This document shows positions 1 through 9,408 of a stretch of DNA of 64,000 nt, in pieces. The notes below the pieces were generated by a model. That model worked only from the letters and a program-made list of their open reading frames with translations, did not search any database and had not been told where the DNA came from. Within the stretch, counting starts at the first letter, position 1. Every line of letters begins with the position of its first letter. The stretch is from assembly GCA_949288455.1 (NCBI GenBank), contig CASEKF010000015.1, positions 18,132-82,131 of the forward strand. The letters run 5' to 3'. Both the position numbers and the translations under genes were made by a program. This DNA comes from an uncultured bacterium (GTDB lineage: Bacteria; Vulcanimicrobiota; CADAWZ01).

Positions 1-683
1 TTGGCCGGAGCGGTTACGACTATAGTATATTTCATAGCGTCGTATTCTTCAAGGATTTTAATAGTAGAAGCGACAGAATTAGCCTTCTGCCCTATCGCGA
101 CATAAATGCATATGACGTCTTTGCCCTTCTGGTTGATTATAGCGTCTACGCCTATAGCCGTTTTTCCGGTCTGTCTATCGCCTACTATCAACTCTCTTTG
201 TCCTCTTCCTATAGGAACTAGGGCGTCGATAGCTTTAATTCCGGTAAGCAAAGGCTCTTCTACCGGTTTTCTGTCCAGCACCTTCGGAGCCGAAAATTCG
301 ATCGGACGTTTTTTAGAAGTTTTGATAGCCCCTTTCCCGTCTAAAGGTCTGCCAAGAGGATCTACCACCCTGCCTAAAAGCTCCGGGCCGACGGGAACTT
401 CAATAACGGATTCAGTTCTTCTGACGCTGTCGCCTTCCTTAACTTTATCGTCCGCACCAAGAAGTACGCATCCGATCGTCTCGAGCTCAAGATTCATAAC
501 CATACCGGAAACTCCCCCTTCAAACTCTAAAAGTTCTCCGGACTTAGCCCCCGGTAAACCGTAAACGGTAGCTATGCTATCACCCACTTTTATCACGGTT
601 CCAACGTCGACTTGCTCGAGTTCTTCCTGATAGCTTTCTATCTCTTTTTTCAACAAATTACTAATTTCTTCAGGTTTCAACAT
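1..683 (-). CDS. atpA: F0F1 ATP synthase alpha subunit, N-terminal part (gene continues beyond window start)
   Basis: Absent from the ORF track because it runs off the edge. The reverse complement translates from the ATG at 683-681 as [57 protein letters not shown]...[69 protein letters not shown]. Walker A motif GDRQTGKT is present. TAATG stop/start overlap with the upstream delta-subunit gene. Confidence 0.9.
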   Translation of the reverse strand, partial: MLKPEEISNLLKKEIESYQEELEQVDVGTVIKVGDSIATVYGLPGAKSGELLEFEGGVSGMVMNLELETIGCVLLGADDKVKEGDSVRRTESVIEVPVGPELLGRVVDPLGRPLDGKGAIKTSKKRPIEFSAPKVLDRKPVEEPLLTGIKAIDALVPIGRGQRELIVGDRQTGKTAIGVDAIINQKGKDVICIYVAIGQKANSVASTIKILEEYDAMKYTIVVTAPA

Positions 684-1282
684 TAAGAATAATCCTCCGG
701 CATTAAATTCTCCGCTTCCCTTCCGGCGACTATTCCGGAAGCGTCTGTTTGAGCAAATTTATTCCGAAAATCATTTAATTTTTTCAAAAGACTCCCGTCG
801 ATAACTTTACCCTTAGACTTTACGATCGCTCCTCCTATAATTTTAGGATTAACGGTAAAGGAAAGTTCGACGCGCTTTCCTTCCCGAACGGTAAGAGCCT
901 CGCTCAGCTTAAGCTTTTCCGCGTCGGAAAGATCAACGGCAGTCACGACTTCCATGTTTGTAAAACCTTGAGCGTCGCGTACAAGTTCGATATATTTTTC
1001 GTAGATCAAATTTAGATAAACGCCGCGTCGGTTATCTAAAATAACGTAAAGAAAATTCATTACCTGCTTATCGGTCGATTTCTTAAAAAGTTTATCTAAC
1101 ATACCTTTTTTTTTATCGGCAGATATAAAAGGATAATTAATTACTTTAGACAAAAAAGGCGAATTAGAAACGGATTTTACAATATCATCAAGCTGTTTTT
1201 TCCAAACTTCTTCTTTACCTAGCGTAGTCGCGACCGAAAAGAACGAAGAAGCATAACGCTGAGCTACGGCATTATCTAACAT
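683..1282 (-). CDS. atpH: F0F1 ATP synthase delta (OSCP) subunit
   Basis: Lies between the b and alpha genes. The N-terminus [15 protein letters not shown] is typical of delta subunits. I prefer the ATG at 1282 over the track start at 1306, which leaves an 11-nt overlap with atpF. Confidence 0.8.
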   Translation of the reverse strand: MLDNAVAQRYASSFFSVATTLGKEEVWKKQLDDIVKSVSNSPFLSKVINYPFISADKKKGMLDKLFKKSTDKQVMNFLYVILDNRRGVYLNLIYEKYIELVRDAQGFTNMEVVTAVDLSDAEKLKLSEALTVREGKRVELSFTVNPKIIGGAIVKSKGKVIDGSLLKKLNDFRNKFAQTDASGIVAGREAENLMPEDYS

Positions 1283-1763
1283 CGCCCGATTCCACCTTCT
1301 TAGCAAAATTATTAATTAAAAACTTATGAGTATTAGCGTCTAAAGAAGATTCCAAAAGCTTGCCTGCCAAGGCGACGGCAAGATCTCCGACTTCTTTATT
1401 TATCTCCCTATAAGCTTTTTCTTTTAAATCGGCTATTTCAGCTTCATTTTTCTCTCTAATCCTATCCGCGACGGCGTTCGCTTCGTCAATAATGCTTTTT
1501 CTCATTTTTTCCGCCAAATCGCTGGCATGAGAAATAATATCGGCAGAATCTATCTCTATGTTTTTTAAAGATTCCTCATACTTTTTCTTTTGAGCTTGTG
1601 CGTCCTCGTTAGCTTTCTTAGCGTCGTCCAGCTCTTTAGCTATTAAAGACTGGCGTTCTTGTAAAGCTTTATCAAGATTTCTAAAAAGAAAATAATACAA
1701 AATAACGGCGAAAACAATAAAATTACCTATTTGAACCGCTACAGTTGGCATATTTAAATCCAT
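1272..1763 (-). CDS. atpF: F0F1 ATP synthase b subunit
   Basis: 163 aa with one N-terminal TM helix (VAVQIGNFIVFAVILYYFLF), then a long charged helical region. Sits between the c and delta genes. Confidence 0.8.
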   Translation of the reverse strand: MDLNMPTVAVQIGNFIVFAVILYYFLFRNLDKALQERQSLIAKELDDAKKANEDAQAQKKKYEESLKNIEIDSADIISHASDLAEKMRKSIIDEANAVADRIREKNEAEIADLKEKAYREINKEVGDLAVALAGKLLESSLDANTHKFLINNFAKKVESGDVR

Positions 1764-1812
1764 AGGTTTTATACCTCGCGCTTATTATTGCTATTCAAAA
1801 AGCAACAAGCAT

Positions 1813-2157
<345 letters not shown>

Positions 2158-2248
2158 TTAAAGACCTCCAAAACAATATAATTCAAAATATATTCCGCCA
2201 TAGGCGGAACAAAGTAGGACGGCAAGAAGCCGAGCGTACTTAAAACTT

Positions 2249-3130
2249 TTATTCTTCTTCAAAATTTATAGCGGAACCTATATAGGAAAGAGTAAGAATC
2301 GTGAAAACAAAACCTTGAACGACTCCGGTTAAAACTCCCATAAACAGTAAGGCGAAAGGGAAAATATTGACTCCTAATCCAAAAAGGAACGAAACAAAGG
2401 CGTCCGGGGCTAAAGCGTAAGCTACGTAAATAAGGCCGATCATAATCCCCATAACGATATGTTCGCCTAAAATATTGCCCATAAGACGCATAGTAAGCGA
2501 GACGACTCTAGCTATTTCCTCCACTAAATTAAGAATAATAAAAAATACGGCTAGAGGAGGAGCGATTATCCAGCGTATAGGCGTCGGAAACCCCGGCAAT
2601 ATCGAAGGCAGAGGATGAAAATAATGGAGAAGGTATTTTACGCCTCCTTCTTTATATCCGATTATCTGGAAAGAGCAAAAAGACAAAATAGCCAAAGCGA
2701 GAGTAGTGCTGATATCTCTAGTTGGAGGCATAGACAAAACGAGATGCCATCCTTCGATTTTAAAAGCGGGCAACAGCCCCCAAAGGTTGGATATAGTGAT
2801 AAAAATGAAAAAACTAATAACCCAAGGCAAATATTTTTTTACTCTTTTTCCCCCTAGACCATCGGCAAGATTATCGAAAAAAGAATATAAAAATTCGAAA
2901 GCCACCTGAATTTTTCCAGGAGCCGCAGAAAAACGCTTAGAAACGCAAACGCAAAAAATCAATACTACCAACATGATTATCCAGGTTATAATAAGCGTAT
3001 CCATATGAAGGCCCTTAGCGAAATCTGACTTTGCCAAAGCGGTCAAAGAAAAATTTTCAGGGGTCAAATAACGCAAAGGCTCGTTTGCCAATTCGGCTAT
3101 AAGATCCATAGCCTTTTTCATTGCGTCCAA
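2249..3130 (-). CDS. atpB: F0F1 ATP synthase a subunit
   Basis: Polytopic 293-aa protein with the conserved stator arginine motif LTMRLMGNILGEH. Operon position is upstream of c. Confidence 0.85.
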   Translation of the reverse strand: MDAMKKAMDLIAELANEPLRYLTPENFSLTALAKSDFAKGLHMDTLIITWIIMLVVLIFCVCVSKRFSAAPGKIQVAFEFLYSFFDNLADGLGGKRVKKYLPWVISFFIFITISNLWGLLPAFKIEGWHLVLSMPPTRDISTTLALAILSFCSFQIIGYKEGGVKYLLHYFHPLPSILPGFPTPIRWIIAPPLAVFFIILNLVEEIARVVSLTMRLMGNILGEHIVMGIMIGLIYVAYALAPDAFVSFLFGLGVNIFPFALLFMGVLTGVVQGFVFTILTLSYIGSAINFEEE

Positions 3131-3501
3131 TAAGAGTCACCACCTTTAGCCGCGCCGCAACGCGATAAAAGAACGCGGCGGCAAAATAACGTCAGCGAAA
3201 CGATAACGCCGATAAATAAAAAAACAAAATTTAGCTTTAAGTATATAGCGTATCCGACTAGACAAGATATCAATAATATTTTAAGGAAAAAAGCTCCTAA
3301 AAAAATCAACGCGGCAAGTTTTCGTCTTTTGACTTTATTGAAAATATAAGCCGCCGTCTTAGAAGAGATAAACGTCGCTAAAGAAAAAATAACGCATCCC
3401 CCCAAAAAACCTCCCGCATAATATATTCCCCAAAGAAAGAATATAACTACGGCGCACACAACAATCAAAAAGAAATTTTCAAAAAACAGCCTGACGTTCA
3501 T
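3118..3501 (-). CDS. atpI: small hydrophobic protein at head of atp operon (AtpI-like)
   Basis: 127 aa with four predicted TM helices. Overlaps the atpB start by 13 nt. Called by position and hydrophobicity only. Confidence 0.5.
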   Translation of the reverse strand: MNVRLFFENFFLIVVCAVVIFFLWGIYYAGGFLGGCVIFSLATFISSKTAAYIFNKVKRRKLAALIFLGAFFLKILLISCLVGYAIYLKLNFVFLFIGVIVSLTLFCRRVLLSRCGAAKGGDSYWTQ

Positions 3502-3743
3502 TTGTTACAAAATTGCTATACGCTTAAATTATTAAAATTCTGCAAATGATTTATTATTCCTTCATTATGCATCGTATTATTTATATTAATATTTTACGTT
3601 AAAATATATAGGTTTTAGACATATAAAATTTCATATCAATATTTAACTCAATATTCAATTCGAAAAACATATCCTAAACTAACCTGACGCCGCTTGATTA
3701 TTCTAACGGCGAAAACAAGCTAAAAGAAGGAAAAAAGGCGGGA

Positions 3744-3772
3744 TATACAGATATTAAAATTTATGCTATAAT
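3744..3772 (+). promoter_or_regulatory. putative sigma70 promoter with extended -10
   Basis: tataca (3744-3749), 17-nt spacer, then tgc-tataat (TG at 3764-3765, TATAAT at 3767-3772), about 35 nt upstream of the TTG start at 3807. Confidence 0.45.
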
Positions 3773-3806
3773 AAGGCAATCAAGGTTAGGAAGGAGATAT
3801 TAAACA

Positions 3807-4145
3807 TTGAATAAAGCGTTAAATTTATTTTTACCGGCGCTCATAGTCGTCTCTCTTTTATTGACATGTTATTCTGAGGCTCAAGCGCAGCTGATTTTAG
3901 TCAACCTTAAGGTAAAAATAGTCAAAGTCGAACGCAAAAAGAACAGACTTCAGGTAAGAGTGCACGAAAAAGGAAATAAAAACGTCCAATATATAGAAAT
4001 AGACGACAACACTAAATTTTCAAAAAACAATAAACAGCTGTCTTACGACGAAGCCTGGAAAATTTTCAAAGAAAATCAAATTATTAGAGTTAAAGGCGGT
4101 TACACTATGAGCCTGCATGTAAAAGCGAAGCAAATATACATGTAA
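3807..4145 (+). CDS. small secreted protein, unknown function
   Basis: TTG start preceded by RBS aggaaggag. N-terminal signal peptide LFLPALIVVSLLLTCYSEAQA-QL. 112 aa. Confidence 0.5.
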   Translation: MNKALNLFLPALIVVSLLLTCYSEAQAQLILVNLKVKIVKVERKKNRLQVRVHEKGNKNVQYIEIDDNTKFSKNNKQLSYDEAWKIFKENQIIRVKGGYTMSLHVKAKQIYM

Positions 4146-4355
4146 CTAAGCCGACGGTTAATGTTATATTTTTAACGCGGCTTTGCTCAACGATTCGTTT
4201 AATGTTTCTCATAATTACGGGCGCTAAAATAAAGTAAAGTTCATAAAAAATTAACAAAAACCGTATGTTTTTATATAGACTTTGACTAACCGATGATGTA
4301 TTATAACACTAGGGCAAAGTTAAGTACAAAAGCATTCGTATGCTAAATATAAGAA

Positions 4356-5606
4356 ATGGAGCGTAATATATTAATGAATGTAAGTTCAGCTTCCCATGCG
4401 CAATTTGCAAACAACGTACAATTTAACGTAGACAACAAAGCCGCTCAACCGGCTGCGCATCAGGAAAACGCGCACCCCCAGGCGTCGGATCAAGTATCCA
4501 TAGGCGGAGCTAACTCCGAAACCGGAGTTCATAAAAAATGGACGTTCCTCCACTATGGAGCAGGCGACAATAATTTGTCGTCTCTGATAAAAAGCGACGT
4601 AGACGAAATGGAAAGAGTCGGTTCAGACGCAAATACTCACGTAATATCTATGCTTGACCAGTCTTACGGAGACTGCAAGAAGTATTATATAACTAAAGAC
4701 GATACTCCGGGGTTAAAATCTCCGGTGCTTGAAAATATGGGTCCCAACGTAAACATGGCGGATCCTAAAACTTTAGCCGAATTTATCGCCTGGGGCGTTA
4801 AAAATTATCCTTCGGACAACGTGGCGGTTATCATAGGAAGTCACGGCGGAGGAACTATGGGAGCGGCGGCAGATGATCGCAGCAATGATTTTATGTCTCC
4901 TCAGGGGCTAAGACAAGCGTTTGCCGAAGCGGAAAAAATGACCGGCAAAAAGATAGACGTGCTGGGATTCGATTGCTGTCTTATGGCAAACACCGAAGTC
5001 GCTTACGAATTAAAAGACGCGGCCAGTTATATAGTGGCGTCGGAAGAATCGGAAGGCGGAGCGGGATGGCCGTATCACAACGTATTAAACGACAAAGCCC
5101 TGGCAAGTTTGCAACAAGCTTTAGCTCAGAAATTGACCGTATCTCCGGAAGAATTCGCAAAGAAAATCGTAACGGACGCTTCTAACGCGCAGCACGATCT
5201 TCCTACGATGTCTACGGTAGACACGAGCAAAATGGATAATCTGGCTAAAACTATCGACGGTTTTGCTAAAGCTATTATAGATTCCAAAGATTCTAACGGG
5301 ACTCTGAAAACTTTAGCTAGAAAAAGTCAAAACTTCTCCGGATTTAAGGATATTTCACATTTCTGCAGACAAATTGTAGATTCTCCTCAAATCACGGACG
5401 CCAAACTAAAAGCCGAAGCTCAAAAAGTAGTGGAAGCTATAGACGAAGCCGTAATAGCGAACCAAGCTTCCAGCCAATACCCCAACGGTTACGGTCTGCA
5501 AATGGAAATTCCAACTAACGGAAGCATGTCGTCCGGATACGCAAATCTTCAATTCGCCAAAGATACTGCTTGGGACGAAGCTATGGCTTCTATGGGAAGA
5601 AACTAA
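4356..5606 (+). CDS. clostripain-family (peptidase C11-like) cysteine protease
   Basis: KKWTFLHYGAGDNNL opening motif. Catalytic His context VAVIIGSHGGG and Cys context IDVLGFDCCLMANTE match the C11 His/Cys dyad. An alternative start at ATG 4374 has GGAG upstream. Confidence 0.7.
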   Translation: MERNILMNVSSASHAQFANNVQFNVDNKAAQPAAHQENAHPQASDQVSIGGANSETGVHKKWTFLHYGAGDNNLSSLIKSDVDEMERVGSDANTHVISMLDQSYGDCKKYYITKDDTPGLKSPVLENMGPNVNMADPKTLAEFIAWGVKNYPSDNVAVIIGSHGGGTMGAAADDRSNDFMSPQGLRQAFAEAEKMTGKKIDVLGFDCCLMANTEVAYELKDAASYIVASEESEGGAGWPYHNVLNDKALASLQQALAQKLTVSPEEFAKKIVTDASNAQHDLPTMSTVDTSKMDNLAKTIDGFAKAIIDSKDSNGTLKTLARKSQNFSGFKDISHFCRQIVDSPQITDAKLKAEAQKVVEAIDEAVIANQASSQYPNGYGLQMEIPTNGSMSSGYANLQFAKDTAWDEAMASMGRN

Positions 5607-5639
5607 TTATTAAATTATTATGAATTAAAGCTAAAGATA

Positions 5640-5695
5640 TTGCGAAAAAAAAGCATTCCGCATATTGGAATATGCGGAATGCTTTTTTTTCGCAA
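5640..5695. terminator. bidirectional rho-independent terminator
   Basis: 27-bp perfect arms ttgcgaaaaaaaagcattccgcatatt / aatatgcggaatgcttttttttcgcaa with only gg between them. A/T runs inside the arms give U-tracts on either strand. Lies between convergent genes. Confidence 0.8.
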
Positions 5696-5770
5696 TGAAA
5701 TGTTCTTCTCAGGCCCCCGCGCGCCCGTAATGAGAGAATTGTTCCGCCAATCAAATTTCCGCGTAAAACT

Positions 5771-8038
5771 TTATTCTAAATGTTTATCAGAGTCTTGTTT
5801 AGAAAGAAAAATCTTTTCAAATTTTCCATATAAGGCCGTTATCGCAAGACAAAAAACGCCTCCTGCCGCAAAAATAAAAACTCTCGGCAAAACGGAAACT
5901 TCATCTTTAAGAAAAAGATAATTTATATCTACAAGAAAAATCTTCAGAATCATTACAATCGTCGCAATCAAGCCAAATTTCCTTAATTTCCGAAGGTCTG
6001 CAGAAAACCCTATTAAGACGTATAAAAATCCTAAAACAATGCCGGCCAAACTAAGGGATACGGCGTTAATACCGCACCCGGCCGCCAAAAATAAATTAAC
6101 GAGAATAAAAAAACCTCCAAAGCCCAGCGGCAAAGACCTGCTATCTTTATCATGCGCAATCGATTCGTAAGATAATAATAAAAATACAGCGGCTATTGCG
6201 AATATAACGAAAGAAAATAAAACTGCGTTATAGTCTACAAAATAAGACAAAACCACACCCGCTAAAATAAGAAAAATAACAGAGACGCAAAAAAACGCAA
6301 AATTATTCTTTGAGACGACCGAAACGTTTTCCCCTTTATCTTTCCGGAATCTACTAAAAGTAAGGTCCGAACAGAGATAAGACAAGGAAGAACAGTCTTT
6401 AAACCAATTAAAGAAATATAAGCCTAATAAGCATAAAAAAGAAGTCATAAACGAAAAGAAATATGTCAAAACGCTTCCGTGAAAAACGACTAGCCAAAAT
6501 TCTGAAGGGATAAGAAAAAACGCGGCGAATACGGCCAAACATTTAGCGTCAGCGGACCAATCGAAAATTAAATACGTCAAAGCGAGAAAAGGAATAAAAA
6601 ATAATATTAACGTCCATACGCCAGGCGCCTTACCTGTTAAAACAGAAATAAAAAAACAAACGCAATCTATCCATAACAATACTCTAACATAACGAACATT
6701 TATGCCGTATTTAAGACGTTTCATTAAGATATAAGCTAATATGGCAAAAAAGAAAAAGCCAAATACGGGTATATAATATTGATAAAAATAGAAGAACGAA
6801 ACGCAGCCGGTATAAATCGAGAGCAAATAAAAAATTAAATCGGGACAGGAAGAAAATCTAAGACCGATATATAAAAAGGCTAAATTCGACAATATAAAGA
6901 TCCAAGGGAAAACAGAAAATTCTATTCCGGCTTTTTCGAAAATTTCAACCAAAACCGTAAATTCAAACGTTAAGATAAGAAAAAGAGAAATAAAAATCAG
7001 GCTCTTTTGACTTTCCAGCTTCGCTATATTCAAAAATACGGCGTACATCGGCAAAAATAAGAAAATCTGCGTATAAATAATTTCGGAAGGTCCTCTAAGA
7101 ATAACCATATAAGTTAAAGTCAAGAAAGACACAAGATTCATATACGCTATTCCGCGTTTTTCTCCCGGAGTCATCCAAACGCTGCCCATTCTTTCAGCCG
7201 CAAAACCGAACGCGGTTATAAAAAGCGATAAAACAAGCGTATCGGCGCTTGAATCGCTTCCTCTAAAACCTAAACACATAGCGAAATAAGCTCCGTTATA
7301 AGCTATAACAACCGGAAAAAATTTTCTAATAGCCTTATAGGAACACATGAAGCTTAAAGACAGAATCATAATAAGCGGAAGCGTCGCATAAATAGAAATT
7401 AAATTAAAAACCGAATAGGACGCAAGGATAGAAATCAGGGTTAATCCGGAGCCTATTCCCGTTAAAGCAGAAAATATAACGGATTGTTCGCCTTGCGTCA
7501 AACGTCTGTAACCGACGATATATAATAAAATCCCCATAAAAAAAATAAGGGCGGCTTTGAAAGAATTCGACATAGACGCCCAGATGTCAGATAGGAAGAA
7601 AGCCGCTGATAAAAAAAATAAAAGAGCGGCCAAGGAGCCGATTATATATTTCCCTACGAAAAATTCTCCCTTATTTTCTAAAGAAGAGGCCTTTAACTCG
7701 TCGGTCTTTTTATCGTTATGAGTCTCTTGGGAGGAATCAGCGTTATGCGGAACCGACTTAGCGATGAATACGAAAGGATCTTGCCGATCAAGCGCAGCTT
7801 TTACCGATGACGCATCGGAACTAATTTGTTCTACGCTGCCCTCCCCCCGTTTGGTTAATCTCGGTATACCTTCGGCGACAACGCCTCCGTCAAGTCCGCT
7901 TGAGTCAGGTTTTGAACTGTCTAAACCTTTCAAAATACGCAACTCTTTTTCTAAAACAGCCACTCTTAAATGCAAATCTTCTATTTTATTAAGCAGGAAC
8001 TCAAAGTCGGCGCTTTTTTCTTCCTTATCCTCCCGCAT
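5771..8038 (-). CDS. large polytopic membrane protein, DUF2339-like
   Basis: 755 aa. N-terminal coiled segment FEFLLNKIEDLHLRVAVLEKELRILKG, a disordered linker, then more than 20 hydrophobic helices. This architecture is typical of DUF2339. Confidence 0.55.
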   Translation of the reverse strand: MREDKEEKSADFEFLLNKIEDLHLRVAVLEKELRILKGLDSSKPDSSGLDGGVVAEGIPRLTKRGEGSVEQISSDASSVKAALDRQDPFVFIAKSVPHNADSSQETHNDKKTDELKASSLENKGEFFVGKYIIGSLAALLFFLSAAFFLSDIWASMSNSFKAALIFFMGILLYIVGYRRLTQGEQSVIFSALTGIGSGLTLISILASYSVFNLISIYATLPLIMILSLSFMCSYKAIRKFFPVVIAYNGAYFAMCLGFRGSDSSADTLVLSLFITAFGFAAERMGSVWMTPGEKRGIAYMNLVSFLTLTYMVILRGPSEIIYTQIFLFLPMYAVFLNIAKLESQKSLIFISLFLILTFEFTVLVEIFEKAGIEFSVFPWIFILSNLAFLYIGLRFSSCPDLIFYLLSIYTGCVSFFYFYQYYIPVFGFFFFAILAYILMKRLKYGINVRYVRVLLWIDCVCFFISVLTGKAPGVWTLILFFIPFLALTYLIFDWSADAKCLAVFAAFFLIPSEFWLVVFHGSVLTYFFSFMTSFLCLLGLYFFNWFKDCSSLSYLCSDLTFSRFRKDKGENVSVVSKNNFAFFCVSVIFLILAGVVLSYFVDYNAVLFSFVIFAIAAVFLLLSYESIAHDKDSRSLPLGFGGFFILVNLFLAAGCGINAVSLSLAGIVLGFLYVLIGFSADLRKLRKFGLIATIVMILKIFLVDINYLFLKDEVSVLPRVFIFAAGGVFCLAITALYGKFEKIFLSKQDSDKHLE

Positions 8039-8085
8039 TTACAGCCTCCTTATTTGTATAGTCCGGAGAATTTCCGCGCAAGTTT

Positions 8086-9297
8086 TTAAGATTCGTCTTT
8101 CTTTAATACGACTACTATGGGAGTTTGTTCATTTCCATTGCCCGCCGGATTATATTCCATAGCGGATTCGAGATATTTTTTCAAGTCTGCAGTCTGAGCG
8201 AGAACGTCAACTTTATGAAGGTCGTTAGCGTCTATCACCGCCGCGTCCATCCCAGTCTCTTTTTTTACTTTATCTAATTCTTCCCGCATATTGGCCGGTC
8301 CCATAACGATATATTTATCAAAAGGCGGCAAAGTTCCGGTACAATCGTCTATTACCGAGGCGGCCTTTCCCGCCACTCTATAAAAGTCTCCGCTCCTTCC
8401 CAATATTTTTCCTATCATACCGGCAAAAATAGCCGCGATAATTCTAAACGTTCCGACTTCATCAATAGCTTTTCTCATACTATATGGAGACGATAGACTT
8501 GAATCCATTTTAAAGAAATGACTCAAAAATACGGCTAAAGTTCCGGGGTGAACGTCGTCTACGTAATAAATTCTTCCCTGCATAATGGCCAGCGCGCTTT
8601 CGGCTATAGTAAAGATCTTATTTTCAGACGGCTCTATATAAGATTTCGCAATATCCGTAAGTTTTTCGCCGGGCATAAGGATATGCGTTTTAACAGGAAT
8701 CGTAAGACTATCGTTTTTTGCCGCGGGGGCTTTTGATTTTTTATCTTCGCTCTCAGGAAACAAATCCGTAAGAGAAAGAGAAGAATCGGATTCTTTAAAA
8801 TCGGAAAAGCGAAGCCTTATTTCAGTCCTTTTAAACTTCATAAGGCCTCTGCCATAATAACGGGTAAGAACGTCGACGGTAAAATTTTCCAAATCGCTCG
8901 CGTTAAAGTCTCCTGATACGCTAAGACAAATCTTCAAAAAAGCGGTTTTGCCGGGTTTTAAAACAAGACCCTCCCAATAGTCGTCAAAGCGTACGTTATC
9001 AATATTTATAACTCTGCAATCAATTATATTTCGGCGGAATATATCGCCTTTAGGCTGTAGTCTGGCGTCACAATCAATTATCAAAGCGTGTTGTTTGCCG
9101 GAATTATAAAACGGAACGTCAAACGACAATCTCAACAGATTTTCTTTTCTTTCATAGAGACAATTTCTAATTTTAGTCAAGTCAAGAAATAAATTACAAT
9201 CTCCATGTCTAAAAGACATAATGAACCCCGCAGATATAAAGACGAGAATCAATAAAAAGATCAAAGCGCAAAAGATAAGAATTATAGACGTAAACAT
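8086..9297 (-). CDS. membrane-anchored protein; C-terminal half possibly CofE/F420-ligase-like fold
   Basis: N-terminal TM helix (IILIFCALIFLLILVFISAGFIM). The C-terminal region TIAESALAIMQGRIYYVDDVHPG...VIDDCTGTLPP...AAVIDANDL resembles the CofE-like family from memory only. Confidence 0.4.
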   Translation of the reverse strand: MFTSIILIFCALIFLLILVFISAGFIMSFRHGDCNLFLDLTKIRNCLYERKENLLRLSFDVPFYNSGKQHALIIDCDARLQPKGDIFRRNIIDCRVINIDNVRFDDYWEGLVLKPGKTAFLKICLSVSGDFNASDLENFTVDVLTRYYGRGLMKFKRTEIRLRFSDFKESDSSLSLTDLFPESEDKKSKAPAAKNDSLTIPVKTHILMPGEKLTDIAKSYIEPSENKIFTIAESALAIMQGRIYYVDDVHPGTLAVFLSHFFKMDSSLSSPYSMRKAIDEVGTFRIIAAIFAGMIGKILGRSGDFYRVAGKAASVIDDCTGTLPPFDKYIVMGPANMREELDKVKKETGMDAAVIDANDLHKVDVLAQTADLKKYLESAMEYNPAGNGNEQTPIVVVLKKDES

Positions 9298-9336
9298 AAT
9301 AAAAATTCCCTAACTATTTTAATAATGCATTCATTG

Positions 9337-9400
9337 AAGATTCTAAATATTATGATCTTTTCCTGTTCGAACAGGAAAAGATCATAATATTTAGAATCTT
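9337..9400. repeat. perfect 64-bp palindrome (32-bp arms, no loop)
   Basis: aagattctaaatattatgatcttttcctgttcg is followed immediately by its exact reverse complement cgaacaggaaaagatcataatatttagaatctt. Verified base by base, centre between 9368 and 9369. Confidence 0.95.
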
Positions 9401-9408
9401 TAATAATT

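Noticed and set aside
106-564. 152-aa plus-strand ORF in the track
   Set aside because: It lies entirely antisense to the clearly recognisable atpA coding sequence. The Pro/Ser/Thr-rich translation is typical of a shadow frame.
3502-3806. 305-bp very AT-rich intergenic region as a possible small RNA or mobile remnant
   Set aside because: It is the divergent promoter region between the atp operon and a small gene. It contains a plausible extended -10 promoter but no repeats, structure or ORF that I could support.
5640-5921. 93-aa plus-strand ORF starting at a TTG
   Set aside because: It starts inside the 27-bp-arm terminator hairpin and then runs antisense into the 3' end of the DUF2339-like gene. 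No RBS. Spurious.
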